A stretch of 64,000 nt of DNA from Mobula hypostoma (taxonomy: Eukaryota): NCBI RefSeq assembly GCF_963921235.1, contig NC_086107.1, positions 96,784,001 to 96,848,000 of the forward strand. Reading direction: 5' to 3'. Under the pieces are notes generated by a model. That model was not told where the DNA came from, ran no database searches, and worked only from the letters and a program-made list of their open reading frames with translations. Made by a program: the position numbers and the translations under genes. Shown here one piece after another: positions 12,566 to 25,070 of the stretch; position 1 is the stretch's first letter, and each line of letters starts with the position of its first letter.

Positions 12566-14560
12566 CCCAGCCTACTTGCTGTTTTCCCTGTAAAATGGCA
12601 GAGCTGCTGACCAGTTGCTATAAACTTGCTGCCTATATCTTGCTGCGGAGCCTGGGTGGGTGTGAGGGTGAGCTGCTTACTCTGGGCTTGTTCTGAAGTA
12701 CGTTGCTGCTTATTTCTCTTACTGGGCCCAGAAGCACGGAATGGGATGTTTGGTGATGTTCAGTTCCACTCTCACCTCCTCAGAAAGTGAGTAATCCAGT
12801 GTGCGAACACCTTTACCAGAACTGCAGGGGTACATGATAATGGCTCACCACCATTTTCCCCAGGGCAATTCGGGTCTAACCAGCAATACCCAAGTCCCAA
12901 AAACGGAATAAAACTGAAAAGGTAATTAATTGGAATTGGTTTATTGTTGTCACATGTACCGTGGTACAGTGAAAAGCTTCTCTTGCATTCTGTTCATACA
13001 CATCAAATCATTACACAATGCTTTGGGTTAGAACAAGGTAAAATAGTAACAGAATGCAGAATAAAGTATGATAGCTGCAAGAGAGTGTCCAGTATAGGTA
13101 GACAAGATCATAACAAGACAGATTGTGAGGACAAAAGTCTATCTTATTGTACTAGGGAACCATTCAATCGTTCTCTGCCAGTGGGGTAGACGCTGTCCTT
13201 GACCCTGGTGGTATGTGCGTTCAGACTTTTGTATTTTCTGCCCCACGAGAGGGGGAGAACAAAAATGTCTGGGTTGTCGTTGGGGTCTTCAATTATAATT
13301 TTAATGCTTTACCATGGCAGTGAGAAATGTAGACAGAGTCCAAGGAGGGGAAGTTGGTTTCTAGGATGTGCTGAGCTCTGACCACAACTCTCTACAGTTT
13401 CCTGCAGTCACGGCTAGAGTAGTTGCTATTCAAGGCATGATGCATCCAGAAACGATACTTAGCATGATACATCAATAAAAAGGGTTGATGGGGGACATCT
13501 CAAATTTGTTTTTAGCCTTCAGGTGAAGTAGAGGTGGGATGACAGCTGGAGAAGCAGGTAAGATCTCATGAGGTTTGGTGTAATATATTGGCATGGGTTG
13601 AGATGTGGGTTAGCGATGCTGGGTGGAGGACACAAAAAGCTTGCAGAGAGACAGAGATTGGTTTAGTAGTTGCCAGATGGAGTGCAATGTGGTTATTTCA
13701 GAAGGAGGAATGGAAAAGCAGTTTATTATTTAAATAACGTAGCACTGCACAATGAAGACACAAGAGACCGCAGATGCTGGAACCTAGAGTAATAAAACCT
13801 GTTGGAGAAACTCAGTGAGTCAGGCTGCATCTGTGAAGACAGGAGGGCGGCTGGCTTTTCAGGCCACACCCTGCATCAGGACTGACTGTATGGACAGGAG
13901 ATAGTCAACGTGAAGAGGTAAGGGGTGAGGCACAGGCTGGTAGTCACAGGTGGAACCAGTTGAAATGAAAGGCAGATGGACTCTGGTGGGAGTGAAGACA
14001 GAAATAGAGCTAGACTTTCCAGCCTCTTTTCCCTCTCTCCATTTCTGCCTCCATTACAGTATTACAGTGGAGTAACGGGAATTGCAGAGAGGAGCTGGCC
14101 AAAGTTGATTGGAAGGGGACACGAGCAGGGATGACGGTAGAAGAGCAATGGCTGGAGTTTCTGGGGGCAGTTCGAAAGGCACAGGATAGATATATCCCAA
14201 AGATGAGAAAAGTCCGCAAAGGGGAAGATGAGGCAACCGTGGCTGACAGCATAAATGCAAAAGAAAGGGCATATAATACAGTAAAAATTAATCGTAAGTT
14301 AGAGGATTGGGAAGCTTTTAAAAACCAAAAGAAGGCAACTGAAAAAGAGCATAAAGAGAGAAAAGATGAAATATTAAGGTAAGCCAGCCAATAAATATCA
14401 AAGAGGATATTAAAGGTTTTTTTTCCCAGATATATAAAGAGTAAAAGAGAGGCAAGAGGGGATATTGGACTGCTGGAAAATGATACTGGAGAGGTAACAA
14501 TGGGGGAGAAAGAAATGGAGAACTTTTTTTCCAGATATATAAAGAGTTAAAGAGAGGCAA

Positions 14561-14818
14561 CACTCACAATGCGCTGGAGGAACTCAGCAGGTCATTCAGC
14601 ATCAGTTGAAAAGATTAGTCGATGTTTCGGGCCGAAACCCTTCGTCAGGACTGAAGGAAGAACTTTCAAACCCTCCCCAACATTCTTCCTTCAGTCCTGA
14701 CGAAGGGTTTCGGCCCGAAACGTCGACTAATCTTTTCAACTGATGCTGACTGACCTGCTGAGTTCCTCCAGCACATTGTGAGTGGTCCTTTGACAACAGC
14801 ATCTGCAGATTATTTTGT
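14561..14818. mobile_element. Palindromic Penelope-derived mini-element inserted in the CR1
   Basis: Inverted arms at about 14561-14662 / 14683-14784 plus a tail; TSD gttaaagagaggcaa (14546-14560) vs gttaaaaagaggcaa (14819-14833). Confidence 0.85.
14693..14728 (+). ncRNA. Minimal hammerhead ribozyme motif (intact); mirror copy on minus at 14617-14652 with AUC triplet
   Basis: AGTC-CTGACGA-aGGGtttcggCCC-GAAAC-GTC-GACT. Confidence 0.75.
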
Positions 14819-17420
14819 GTTAAAAAGAGGCAAGGGAGGATATTGGACCGCCAGAAAATGATACTGGAGAGGTAATAATGGGGGACAGAGAAATGGAGGA
14901 CACATTTATTATTTTGCATCAGTCTTCACTGTGGAAGACACCAGCAGTATGCCAGAAATTCAAGAGTGTCAGGGGGCAGAAGTGAGTGTAGTTGCTATTT
15001 CTGAGGAAAAGGTGCTTGGGAAGCCGATGGGTAGATGAGCCGCCTGGACCAGGTGGGCTACACCCCATGGTTTTGAAAGAAGTAGCTGAAGAGATTGTGC
15101 AGGCATAAAAATGATCTTTCAAGAATCACCTGATTCTGGAATGGTTCCTGAGGACTGGAAATTGTAAATGTCACTCCACTCTTTAAGAAGGCAGGGAAGC
15201 AGAAGAAAGGAAATAATAGGCCAGGTAGCCTGACTTCAGGGGTTTGGAAGATGTTAAAGTCCATTATGAAGGATGAGGTTATGGAGTTCTTGGTGAGACA
15301 GGTCAAGATGGGACAAAGCCAGTATGCTTTCCTTAAGGGAAAACCTTGCCTGACAAACATGTTGGAATTCTTTGAGGAGATTACAAGTAGAATAGATAAA
15401 TGGGATCAGTGGATGTTGTATATTTGGATTTTCAGAAGGTCTTTGACAAGGTGTCACACATGAGGCTGCTTAACAAGATAAGCAAGTATCTTGTTGAGGA
15501 AGTGTATCCTTCTGGTTGGCTGCCAGTGACAAGTGGTGTTCCACAGGGGTCGGTATTGACTCCACTTCTTTTCACATTATATGGCAATGATTTTGATGAC
15601 AGAATTGATGGCTTTGTGGCCAAGATTTTAGGTGATATAAAGACAGGTGGAGGCACAGGTAGTATTGAGGAAGCAGGGAGTCTGCAGAAGGGCTGGGACA
15701 GATTGGCAGAATGGGTGAAGAAATGGCAGATGGAGGTGTATGGTCATGCACTTTGGTAGAAGGAATAAAGGCATGGACTATTTTCTAAATGGGGGAAAAT
15801 TCAAAATTCAGAGCTGCAAAGGGACTTGGTTAACTCACAGGTAGAGTTAGTGGAAAGAAAGGCGATGTTAGCATTCATTTCAAGAGGACTGGAATACAAG
15901 AGCAAGGATGTAATGCTGAGTCTTTACAAGGCATTGGTCAGACCGCACTTGGAGTACTGTGAGCAATTTTAGGCCCCTTAACTAAAAGATGTGCTGACAT
16001 TGGAGGGGCTCCAGAGGACGTTCATGAGAATGATTCCAGGAATGAAAGGGTTAACATCTGAGGAACATTTGAATGCTCCGAGCCAGTAGTCACGGGAACT
16101 TAGAAGAACGAGCAAGGACCTATTACATATTGAAAGGTCTAGACAGAATGAATATGGAGAGAATGGTGCATCTAGGACCAGAGGGCACAGTTTCAGGATA
16201 GGAGGATGTCTATTTAGAACAGAGATGAGGAGGAATTTCTTTAGACGCCAGAGGGCACTGAACCTGTCGAATTCATTGCCATGGATGGCTGTGGAGACCA
16301 AGTCATTGGGTATATCTAAAGCAGAGTTTGATAGTTCCTTAGTTCATCAGGGCATCAAAGGTTACAAGGAGAAGGCAGGAGAATGGGGTTAACAGGAATA
16401 ATAAATCAGCCTTGATGAAATGGCAGGGCAAGGTTGATGGGCTGAGTGGCCTAATTCTGCTCCCACGTTTTATGGTATCTTCCTGTTATCCACCAGTCAC
16501 AGTCCCCCTACTTCTCCTTCATACGTCTTGATTGCTTGTATGTCATCTCAACTTGTAATGACAAAGACAAGGTGTTTCAATCGTTTACACTTTTATTCCT
16601 GCCTTTTGAGGAGGATTTAAGGAAGACTGGGGTGCCAAGGTAACATCATGGTTAGTGCAACGCTATTGCAGCTCAGGGCATTTCAAGTTTGGAGTTCAGA
16701 GTTCAACTCCGGTGCTGTCACTAAGGAGTTGGTACTTTATCCCCGTGACTGCATAGTTTCCTCCAGGTGCTCTGGTTTCCTCCTACTTTCCAAAGGCGTA
16801 CCAGTCAGTAGGTTAGTTGGTCATTGTAAATTGTCCGGTGATTAGGCCAGTGGCTAAATCGGTGGGTTGCTGGGCAGCATGCTCATTGGGCCTGTTCTGC
16901 ACTCTCTCTCCAAATTAAAAAAATAATTAAAGGATTGATTGGGAATCCTAGATTACTTGGCAATAGGGAGAAATCTGTCTACAGGAACGTAAGGAAGGAG
17001 GAAATCTTATTCATCAGCTAAAACTGGCGAGAGGCTAGAAAACCTGACCCAGATCCTGGTTCAAGAGGGAAATTTGAAGACTTACTATGAGTTTTGAATG
17101 ACACATTTTGAATGATTTTGCTTGTAGGGCGAAAGGGCCAATTACAAGTCAGCTACATGGTTACAGTGTAGACCTGAGACAAGAACCACCGATGTACAGG
17201 ATTAGCAGCTGCCACTTTGCAACCATCACATGCTCAGTAAGAAGCTGGAAAGGGGGAATTTACTCCTTCCGGTCTTGCAGAAGGAAAATTCATCTGTTGT
17301 TTCTCAGTGCTGCACCCAACAGGGATTTACCTGCAAACTGCCGTCTCTAATCTCAGTTCAGTTTTGTCTCCTTTACCTGGAAGAGTAACCATAAAGACTC
17401 TAGTTTACAAATATTCTCAC

Positions 17421-17549
17421 CGTGTCCAACTGTTTTGATCTCCACTGTTTTTGGGACTTTCTCTTCCCGGTTTCGACCGCAGGATTTCCGACTAACTTGT
17501 GACTTGAACAGGGTGTTCACCAGAGTTGACTTCCCCAGACCACTCTGCC
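17421..17549 (-). CDS. SEPTIN3: Septin-3 coding exon with P-loop (GQSGLGKSTLVNTLFKSQVSRKSCGRNREEKVPKTVEIKTVGH)
   Basis: cttgctctag|GGCAGAGT...GGACACG|gtgaga; 129 nt, phase 1/1; G1 GxxxxGKS motif. Confidence 0.96.
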
Positions 17550-17899
17550 CTAGAGCAAGTGAGGAAAGGAAATCAGTATTTGTTTAAAAAGGGGAAAGGG
17601 AAAATGAAAAAAATATCTCGAATGTGCTCAGCTGCTGAATTTGGACGGAAGGGAAAGGAAACAGCTTGGCAAATTGGAGTCAAAACTGCATATAGACATA
17701 AAATCACAGAGGTGTGCAGAACAGAAACAGGCCCTTCAGCCCATCACTTCCATGCTGACCCTTTTGCCCATCTACACTAATTCCACTTGCCTGGATTGGG
17801 ACCATACATTTGCTTCTTTCTGTCTAAGTTCCTCATAAATGTGGTGATTATATCTGATTCCACCATCTCCTCTGGAAGTGCATTCCAGGTAGCTCTTCC

Positions 17900-19468
17900 C
17901 TGTGCAGTCCATTTATTTTTGTCTGCCCAACATGCTTTTTGTATGTGTCCTACTTTGTTGCATTTTTTGCAAGTTTCGCCTTTAAATCTGCATTGGTTTG
18001 GTGTATGAGAGCCCCTGCCATAATGGTAACAGACTTGTTTGGCTTTGCCAGTTTCTGTTTAGAGTTTGTTCAATCCTGACTACAACATAATGATGTCTCT
18101 GTCTACTGTTTCCATTGATACAGCTATTTCAACTGCTCTTTTAAATGTAAGTTGTGCATCAGTTAGGAGCCACTTTTGAAGGCTTTCTTGTAAGATTTCA
18201 CAAAAACTAAGCGATCTCTCAGTGCAACATTAAGCCCATCACTGAACTAAGAATGCTCAGACAACTTCTTCAATTCAGTCACACACACTGAAATGAACTT
18301 CCCTTCCTTTTGATTCTGCTTATGAAACTAAAGTGTTTTCCAATCAACAATGGTTTTGGTTCTAAATATTCCTGCTTTACTTTCATGATATCAGCTAAGT
18401 TCATTTTGGCTGGTATTGTTGGAGCAGTTGAATATCTAAGCAAACTGTATGACCTTAAACCCAATACACTCAGCAAAACTAGTACTCATTTCTCATTAGC
18501 TATTCCATTTGTCTCAAAATACTGCTCAATTTTCTCAGTATACAATATTCAGTTATCTGTTGTGCAATCAAACACATCTAACATTCTGATGTAGCCAACA
18601 TTTCTGCTCCTTTTGTTTATTTGTGATTATGATCACCCTGTGCTCACAATTTATGAACCTGTGAATATGTCCGTTTTCTGCTTTTTTTAAACTCAATCTT
18701 CTCTGTCTCCCTTTTCTGAAGAGACACTTGCTGTGCTACTTTTTTAAAAACTTGAATGTCTTGCTGTGCTTCAAAAGGTAGACAGTTGTCTTGGGTTTAT
18801 TTAAAACTTAATCATCACCACTGTTATGCTTTGTAGCTCTAAAACGTTAAACTATCTTAAAGATTAAACCTCATTGAAACCCAGCAAATGCTGAAAGGCC
18901 TCAGCAGAGTGGATGCGGAAAGGATGTTTCCTATGGTGGGGGAATTGAAGACAAGAGGGCACAGCCTCAGAATAGAGGGACGTCCTTTTAGAATGGAGAT
19001 GAGGAGGAATTTCTTCAGGCAGAACATGGTGAATCTGTGGAACCTGTTGCCGTAGGCGGTTGTGGAGACCAAATCATTTGGTGTATTTAAAGCAGAGGTT
19101 GATAAATTCTTCATTAGTTAGAGCATGAAGGGATATGGGGGAGAAGGCAGGAGATGGAGTCTGAAAGGGAAATGGATCAGCCATGATGAAAAGGTGGAGC
19201 CGACTCGATGGGCCAAATGGCCTGATTCTGTTCCTATATCCCATGATCTTATAGTTGAAAACAAAAACATGGATCCAGGAGTTACGTATCCTAGGTTTGT
19301 TTTTACTTTAAGCGAGGCACGCACGCATAACATAACAGGATCATAATGTATGCAATTGACTTATTTTTACGTATAACCTGCAAGTATTTCTCTAAATGAT
19401 CAAGAATGCTTAATCAAACAATATATTTACAATATTACTCAAATACTACTGAAATATTAAATACTAGA
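17900..19468 (-). mobile_element. Gypsy LTR retrotransposon remnant: 5' LTR (about 19468-18822, split by a CR1 insertion), PBS-like site and pseudogenised gag
   Basis: Minus-strand translation gives LYTEKIEQYFETNGIANEK*V.VLLSVLG...LEPKPLLI and knuckles CYHYGRGSHTPNQC / CKKCNKVGHIQKAC. The LTR end ...cataaca is followed by gtggtgatga. Confidence 0.8.
18862..19252 (+). mobile_element. CR1 3' fragment nested in the Gypsy LTR
   Basis: LKGLSRVDAERMFPMVGE..TRGHSLRIEGRPFRMEMRRNFF plus the 3' tail. Confidence 0.8.
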
Positions 19469-20009
19469 TCCCAATAATCAAAAGTTGACAATGTACACTA
19501 GGAACACAGTTACGCTGAAAGGGTGAGAGGTCGTCAGCTGGGTGGGAATACAGTCGTGCGGCTGTTTCATTATCAGGAGCATCACTGCCCTGCATGCCTC
19601 CACTGGTTCAGCCACTGACCTGACAGTAGACCTCACAGGGTGTCTGGCGGGTCAGGTCAGGTCTGCAGGTTTGATTTGTGAAATGGTGCTCTGACTCTGG
19701 GATTAAATCTGAAGAATTATTTTATATGAATCAGTCGTCTTAAAACTGAACAAGTACTAAAATCTGAAGGCACCAGAGGGAGGCATCGAGTTCATGCTAA
19801 AAGGACCTCTGCAAGTGTTGAAAGAGATTGAATCACTGGCTGACGCTCTCTGGGAGTGGGAGTCTCCGGGGACATTTGGATCATTTTGCTAATTGCAGAG
19901 GTGGTAATAGTTATTGGCTGCGTTATTCAACTTGCACTGACTGAAGCAGAGGTCTACGTTGTGTGCACGCTCAGAAGCATTGTGAGTGTGTGTTTGTGTG
20001 TGTGCTCAG

Positions 20010-20012
<3 letters not shown>

Positions 20013-20049
<37 letters not shown>
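20013..20049. repeat. (TG)n microsatellite
   Basis: Direct reading. Confidence 0.95.
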
Positions 20050-20058
<9 letters not shown>

Positions 20059-21403
20059 CACGTGCATGTGTGAGCATTGTGCATGTGAAAGGAACCCTGT
20101 AACCAGGATGATCTTACGGACCAGCTTCAGCTGTCGCTTCCTTTGCCAAATGGGCATGGGCTGTCTCATTAAACAATCCAAGGACGGGACAGAGAGTTCT
20201 TTACCCTACTTGCATGGTGACAGGGATTTGGGGCAAAGATTTGCAAACCTTCATACCCAGACACTGGACAGTTTGGCTGCTCTGTTGAGTACCGGGAAAA
20301 AACACACATTCCAGCGAACCCGCTCTTTTAGAGATATTCGCTGCTGTATCATACTGACAGGTGCCACATGTTGCAAGGGATTGGTGCATTACAGGCAGCC
20401 TGTCACTGATAATCTGCGAGTGCCCGCCGCCTTTGGCATCACTTCTGTATGGGGTTTCTGACTGTAATGCGAGCAGTACAGGTCTGGCTGTATCTGACTC
20501 CAGTGCTGCTGGTGTAATGGCTGATGGAGGGAAACTATATCACCTGACTTCTGGCCTTTGTCGAACAGTGTCTCTCCCCATCCTCTACGGGAATAACTAA
20601 CAAACAAAAATCTCCAAAGAAAATGAAGAACTGTAAGGTTTTACTGCCTGGGATGTCCGAGCACTGGCTTTAGCTCCTGATTCCCCTGAGTATCAGCTCT
20701 AGAGGGCAGGGAATCAATGGAGCACCCACACAGTCCATTGATGGTACTGTCATACTTGAGGGCATCAGACAGCCTGGTCATGCACGGGTCAGATTGAGAG
20801 ATGGGTACTGTTTGAGTACCCTCCTTCCCTCCTCCACCCTCCACAGCTACTGTGGCTGAATATTCCTTGACAACGTAGCACAGACAGTGTCCTCTACTCA
20901 CTCTACCCATTGTCTCAGATACCTTATTCCCACCACAATTCCACACTCTTTATATTGATCCTCGATGAAGCTGAGGAACCCAGTCTTCATGAAGGTCAGC
21001 ACGATCGGTCCGTCACCAGGATTCTTTCTTGACACTTACAGAAAGCCTTCCCTAGATTTTCCCTAGCTTCCATGATCCCCTGATTTTTCAGAACAGGACT
21101 GTCCACTCTGAAAATGAGGCAACGAATTCCACAGATTCACCACCCTCTGGCTAAAGAAATTCCTCCTCATCTCTGTTCTAAAGGGAAGCCTTTGTATTTT
21201 GAGGCTGCACCAAAGGAACAGGGCTGTTATATAGAGCACTGAGTTTATCCAGCTTCTTCTGAAAGTTATCATTAAATCTGTTTCCCTTACCCTTTCCACT
21301 GATGGAGTAACATTTTCCTCAGCTCCCCCCCCCCCTTGGTCCCATCCCGCACGAGCATGTGTGCTCTGGCAGGTCAGTGTTAATGCAACGCCCAAGTTCT
21401 TAC

Positions 21404-21598
21404 CCACGACCATGATATTAAAATCGAATCCTGTCTTCATGGTCTTCCGTCGCATTTGCTCGATGATGGTGTCAATTCCCACGTAGCCCAGTAGCTGGGA
21501 GCCCACTGCCGATGGTTTCATGGGCACAGCGGGCTTGGGTTTGGCATCTTGAACCACTTCCGACATGCCGGAGCCCGGTTTTCTATCCTCTTCCAAAC
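21404..21598 (-). CDS. SEPTIN3: Septin-3 first common coding exon (GLEEDRKPGSGMSEVVQDAKPKPAVPMKP...GYVGIDTIIEQMRRKTMKTGFDFNIMVV)
   Basis: cttcctcaaag|GTTTGGAA...GTCGTGG|gtaaga; 195 nt, phase 1/1. PKPAVPMKP and IDTIIEQMR.KTMKTGFDFN point to SEPT3 rather than SEPT9 or SEPT12. Confidence 0.95.
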
Positions 21599-21619
21599 CT
21601 TTGAGGAAGCAGATGACAG

Positions 21620-22320
21620 AATAAATCCCACATCCTGACATCTCTTTATAGTCTCCTCTTCACTATTTTAACTGAAGAAATCTAATCAGCATCAGCCCCT
21701 TGTAGCTACTGCTCTCTACTCCAGACAACACCCTGGAGAACCTCTTCTGCACTCCTTCCATCGCTACTACGCCCTTTGTATTGTGTGGTGACTAGAACTG
21801 TACACAATATTCCAAGTGCAGTCCAACCAATACTTTGTACAGCTCCAACACGCCGTCCCAAATCTTCGATCTATGAAGGCAAGCATACCAAATGCTTTCT
21901 TCATCACCTTAAGCACCTGTGCACCCACTTTCAGGAAGCTATGGATTTGCACCTCAGGGTCCTTCTGTGCATCGACACTCCTGGGGTCCCCTGCCATTCA
22001 CTGTGTATGTGATTTAAGTGTTTGGCATCCCAAAGTGCATTTCCTCACACTTATCTGGATTAAGTTCCACCTGCTACCATCCTGCCCAACTTTCTAACTG
22101 ATCCACCTCCCTCCGTATCTTTCACAAGCTTCTTTTCTATCTGCGACTCCAATTTGTTTGTCCCACAGAACAACAACATAAGAAATAGGAGCAGGAGTCG
22201 GCATCTGGCCCATCGAGCCTACTCCGCCATTCAATAAGATCATGGCTGATCTGACCATAGACTCATCTCCACCTACCTGCCTTTTCCCCATAACCCTTAA
22301 TTCCCCTACTATGCAAAAGA
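21620..22320 (-). mobile_element. CR1 fragments
   Basis: KVMKKAFGMLAFI and LEYCV-like text; 3' tail aacataagaaataggagcaggag. Confidence 0.65.
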
Positions 22321-22899
22321 ACAGATTCTACCCCTTTGCACGCAGCTCCTGATGGTTGAAGGCCAGCAACCCATCAGCCTTGAGGATTATTTTTGGTTCC
22401 TGCCGAAGATAACTCAATGATCTGTGTACGTGGACTTCGCCTCGCCTTGCCCTGTGATGTCTGCCTGCACCCTCGCCGAATCACTGCTCTGCCTATAACT
22501 TGCAGCAGGTGTCATGGTCGTGTGAATATCCCATTAACCCATGTGGGCAGCGACCAGGAGGTACTGCACACTGGAATGGCCATAAGGTACTCGTCAATAC
22601 ACCGCAGTCTATAGTCGGGCTCCGGGGCTTGTCATACGCCTCCCCAGAGATCCACGAGAAAGGCTGCACTCTGCCGCTAAAGCAAATACAATTAATTCAT
22701 CATTGTGGTTAAGGGTCCTTTCGATAACAAAGACTCATGCCATAACCTCCCTGGCTTTGAACAACTGAAACTGTACGTAGTAAACTGCGATGGAAGTCTT
22801 TCAGATTTAAAATGTCCCCCATCTGGTTCTTTCTTCGTTTGGTCTCTTTATTCCCTCATTTCTTCTTGAACCTCGTCAGTGATGGAGACACACGATCCT

Positions 22900-23420
22900 C
22901 CAGTGAATGGCGTATTATACGACACTGCTTGAGGCCGAAGGCTGAGGGAGGAGGTGGGTAGCGGTGTGCTCTGACAAGTTCCCGGCTCCGGCAGCCTCTC
23001 GGAGCCGCTGTGTTTCCAGGCGACGGCGTTACACCGTAAAGCGAGCAACATGCGGCTGATTGAATGAATCACTCGGCAGAGGTGCAGCGGCGGGAATAAA
23101 CACCGCCGCCGCGGACAATCGTTTAATTCCAGATAACCTGGTGTCTGCAGTTAAAGAGAAGGATGGCCGGCAACGGGCAAGCAGAACACACGGCGGCAAC
23201 CCTCCAGCTCCATGGCAATGATTGTGGATGGAACCAATCAGAAGAGTGATTTCAACAACCAATCAGAAGAGTGACTTCAACAACCAATCAGAAGAATGCT
23301 TCTCCCAGACCAATAGCCTAGGGAAAGTGTCGGGCCGTAGTCAGGCACCTTACATAACCTCTGTGGGGCTTACACGTGTTGCCGCCATCCTCTGTGGTGG
23401 AGCCTATCTCCAGCTCTAAT
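22900..23420. promoter_or_regulatory. CpG-rich intronic segment with three tandem CCAAT boxes
   Basis: CpG cluster at 22900-23200; a 25-bp unit AACCAATCAGAAGAGTGA(T/C)TTCAAC starts at 23232, 23257 and 23282. Confidence 0.35.
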
Positions 23421-24540
23421 CGCCCCCATTAGGCCAAGAATACAAGGCCTCTCTTCCCAAAGCCCACCGTTGTAAGACAAACATGCCAGCTGTTCAAAGT
23501 TGAAAGCTCTGCATTTCTTCTAACAACCAGCGCAAACTCCAGATGACCCACAATTTTTAAAAGGGCATTTCAAATATGCTTGTTGTTACAACATTGGATG
23601 GCGTACTGTCCATTTTTGCACAGCAAGATCCCAGTGACTATGTGACTGAAAAAAAGACAGCCCCTGCTAGAAAACTGGAAACAGAAATTGTGAAAAATAC
23701 TCTGTGGGCCAGGCAGCAACTGTAGACAGAGAGAAACAGTTAATGGTTCACATCTAAAAGTTTTCTGCAGATAGAATTAAATTACAAATTTAAAAGACAT
23801 TTAGGCAGATCCCTGGACAGAAAAAGGTCAAGGGAGATTTGTGCCTAATGTGAGTAAATGGGTTGAGTGTGGATTTGCATCTAGGTCAGCACAGACAAGA
23901 TGGGCTGAAGGGCCCATTTCTGTGCCGTACAATTCTATGATTCAATGTTAGTGATGTGACTTTAGTAAAGTTAATGAGGGTACACATTTTGGCCGGTATC
24001 CTTCACAATAACAACCTGGATCTTTACAGATGTGAAGCTCACCACCTCTATTTTCTCAGGCTAAAGAAATTCAACATTTTTGCTTTGACCCTTACCAATT
24101 TTTATCAATGCATCATAGAAAGTATCCTGATACATCACAGACTGGTATGCCTACTGTTCTGCCCGAGACCGCAAGAAACTGCAGAGATTTATGGACACAG
24201 CACAGCACATCATGGAAACCAACTTCCCTGCATAGGCTCTGTCTGCACTTCCCACTGCCTTGGTGAAAGAAGACAACATATTCATAGATATTCTCTCTTC
24301 TCTCTCCATCCCATTGGATAGAAACTACAAAAGCCATGTACCACCTGGCCCAAGAACCGCTTCTAACCCATTAATGAACTAGCACGATAAGATGGACAAT
24401 CCACCTCATAATCTACCTCATTGTTACCTTGCACCTTATTGTTTATCTGCTCTGCACTTTCTCTTGAAGTGTATCACTTCATTCTGCATTCTGTTATTAT
24501 TTTCCCCTGTGGTTCCTCAATGCATTGTTGTAATGACATA

Positions 24541-25070
24541 CAGCGCTGTGCAAAAGTCTTAGGTACATATATGTATAGCCAGGGTGCCCAAGTCTTTTGC
24601 ACAGTAGAAGTCTTAATTGCACTGTACTTCTGCCACAAAGAAAAAACTAATTTCATGACATGTGAGTGATGATAAACCTGATTTTGATATGGGTCTCTAT
24701 TGTGGGCTGAGGTTGGGAAGGGGGCAAGAAGAGGGGAATCACAGTTGGGAAAAAGGGAAGAGAGAGGGGAGGGAGCAGGAAGCACCAGAGAGATATTTTG
24801 TAACGATCAATAAACCAGTTACTTGGAAGCAAATGACCTTGGCTAGTGTCTCAAGGTGGGGTGTGTCTGCACCCACACCATACCCCATCCGCCCCTGGCA
24901 CTCCTACCCTTACCCCTCCCACAGTGCTCCATCTTTGCCATTCCCAACCTCCTTTGCTCCCGCCGGATTTACAAACTCGCTCTCTGCTCCAAGTTGATAA
25001 ATACAGTACTGTGCAAAAGTCTTAGGCACCCTAGCTATGTGTGTGTGTGTGTGTCTGCGACAGTACTGCA
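24541..25070. repeat. Composite repeat with tiny palindromic MITE ends (ctgtgcaaaagtcttagg); second copy at about 31685-32080
   Basis: Inverted repeat 24546-24563 / 24587-24604; 24660-24990 aligns by eye to 31685-32020. Confidence 0.6.

Larger units (their letters stand above)
14035..16480 (+). mobile_element. Degenerate CR1 LINE (ORF2 reverse transcriptase and 3' UTR)
   Basis: Fragments VDVVYLDFQKVFDKV, SGVPQGSVL.PLLF, QYAFLKGKPCLTNMLEFFEE and FRTEMRRNFF; many frameshifts. Confidence 0.9.

Noticed and set aside
19856..20461. 201-aa plus-strand ORF
   Set aside because: Non-ATG start, runs through a (TG)n microsatellite, antisense in an intron, no recognisable domain.
21063..21403. C-terminal part of the 192-aa ORF as septin sequence
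   Set aside because: Read-through past the donor at 21404 into intron and a CR1 fragment (FRTEMRRNFFSQRVVNLWNSLP).
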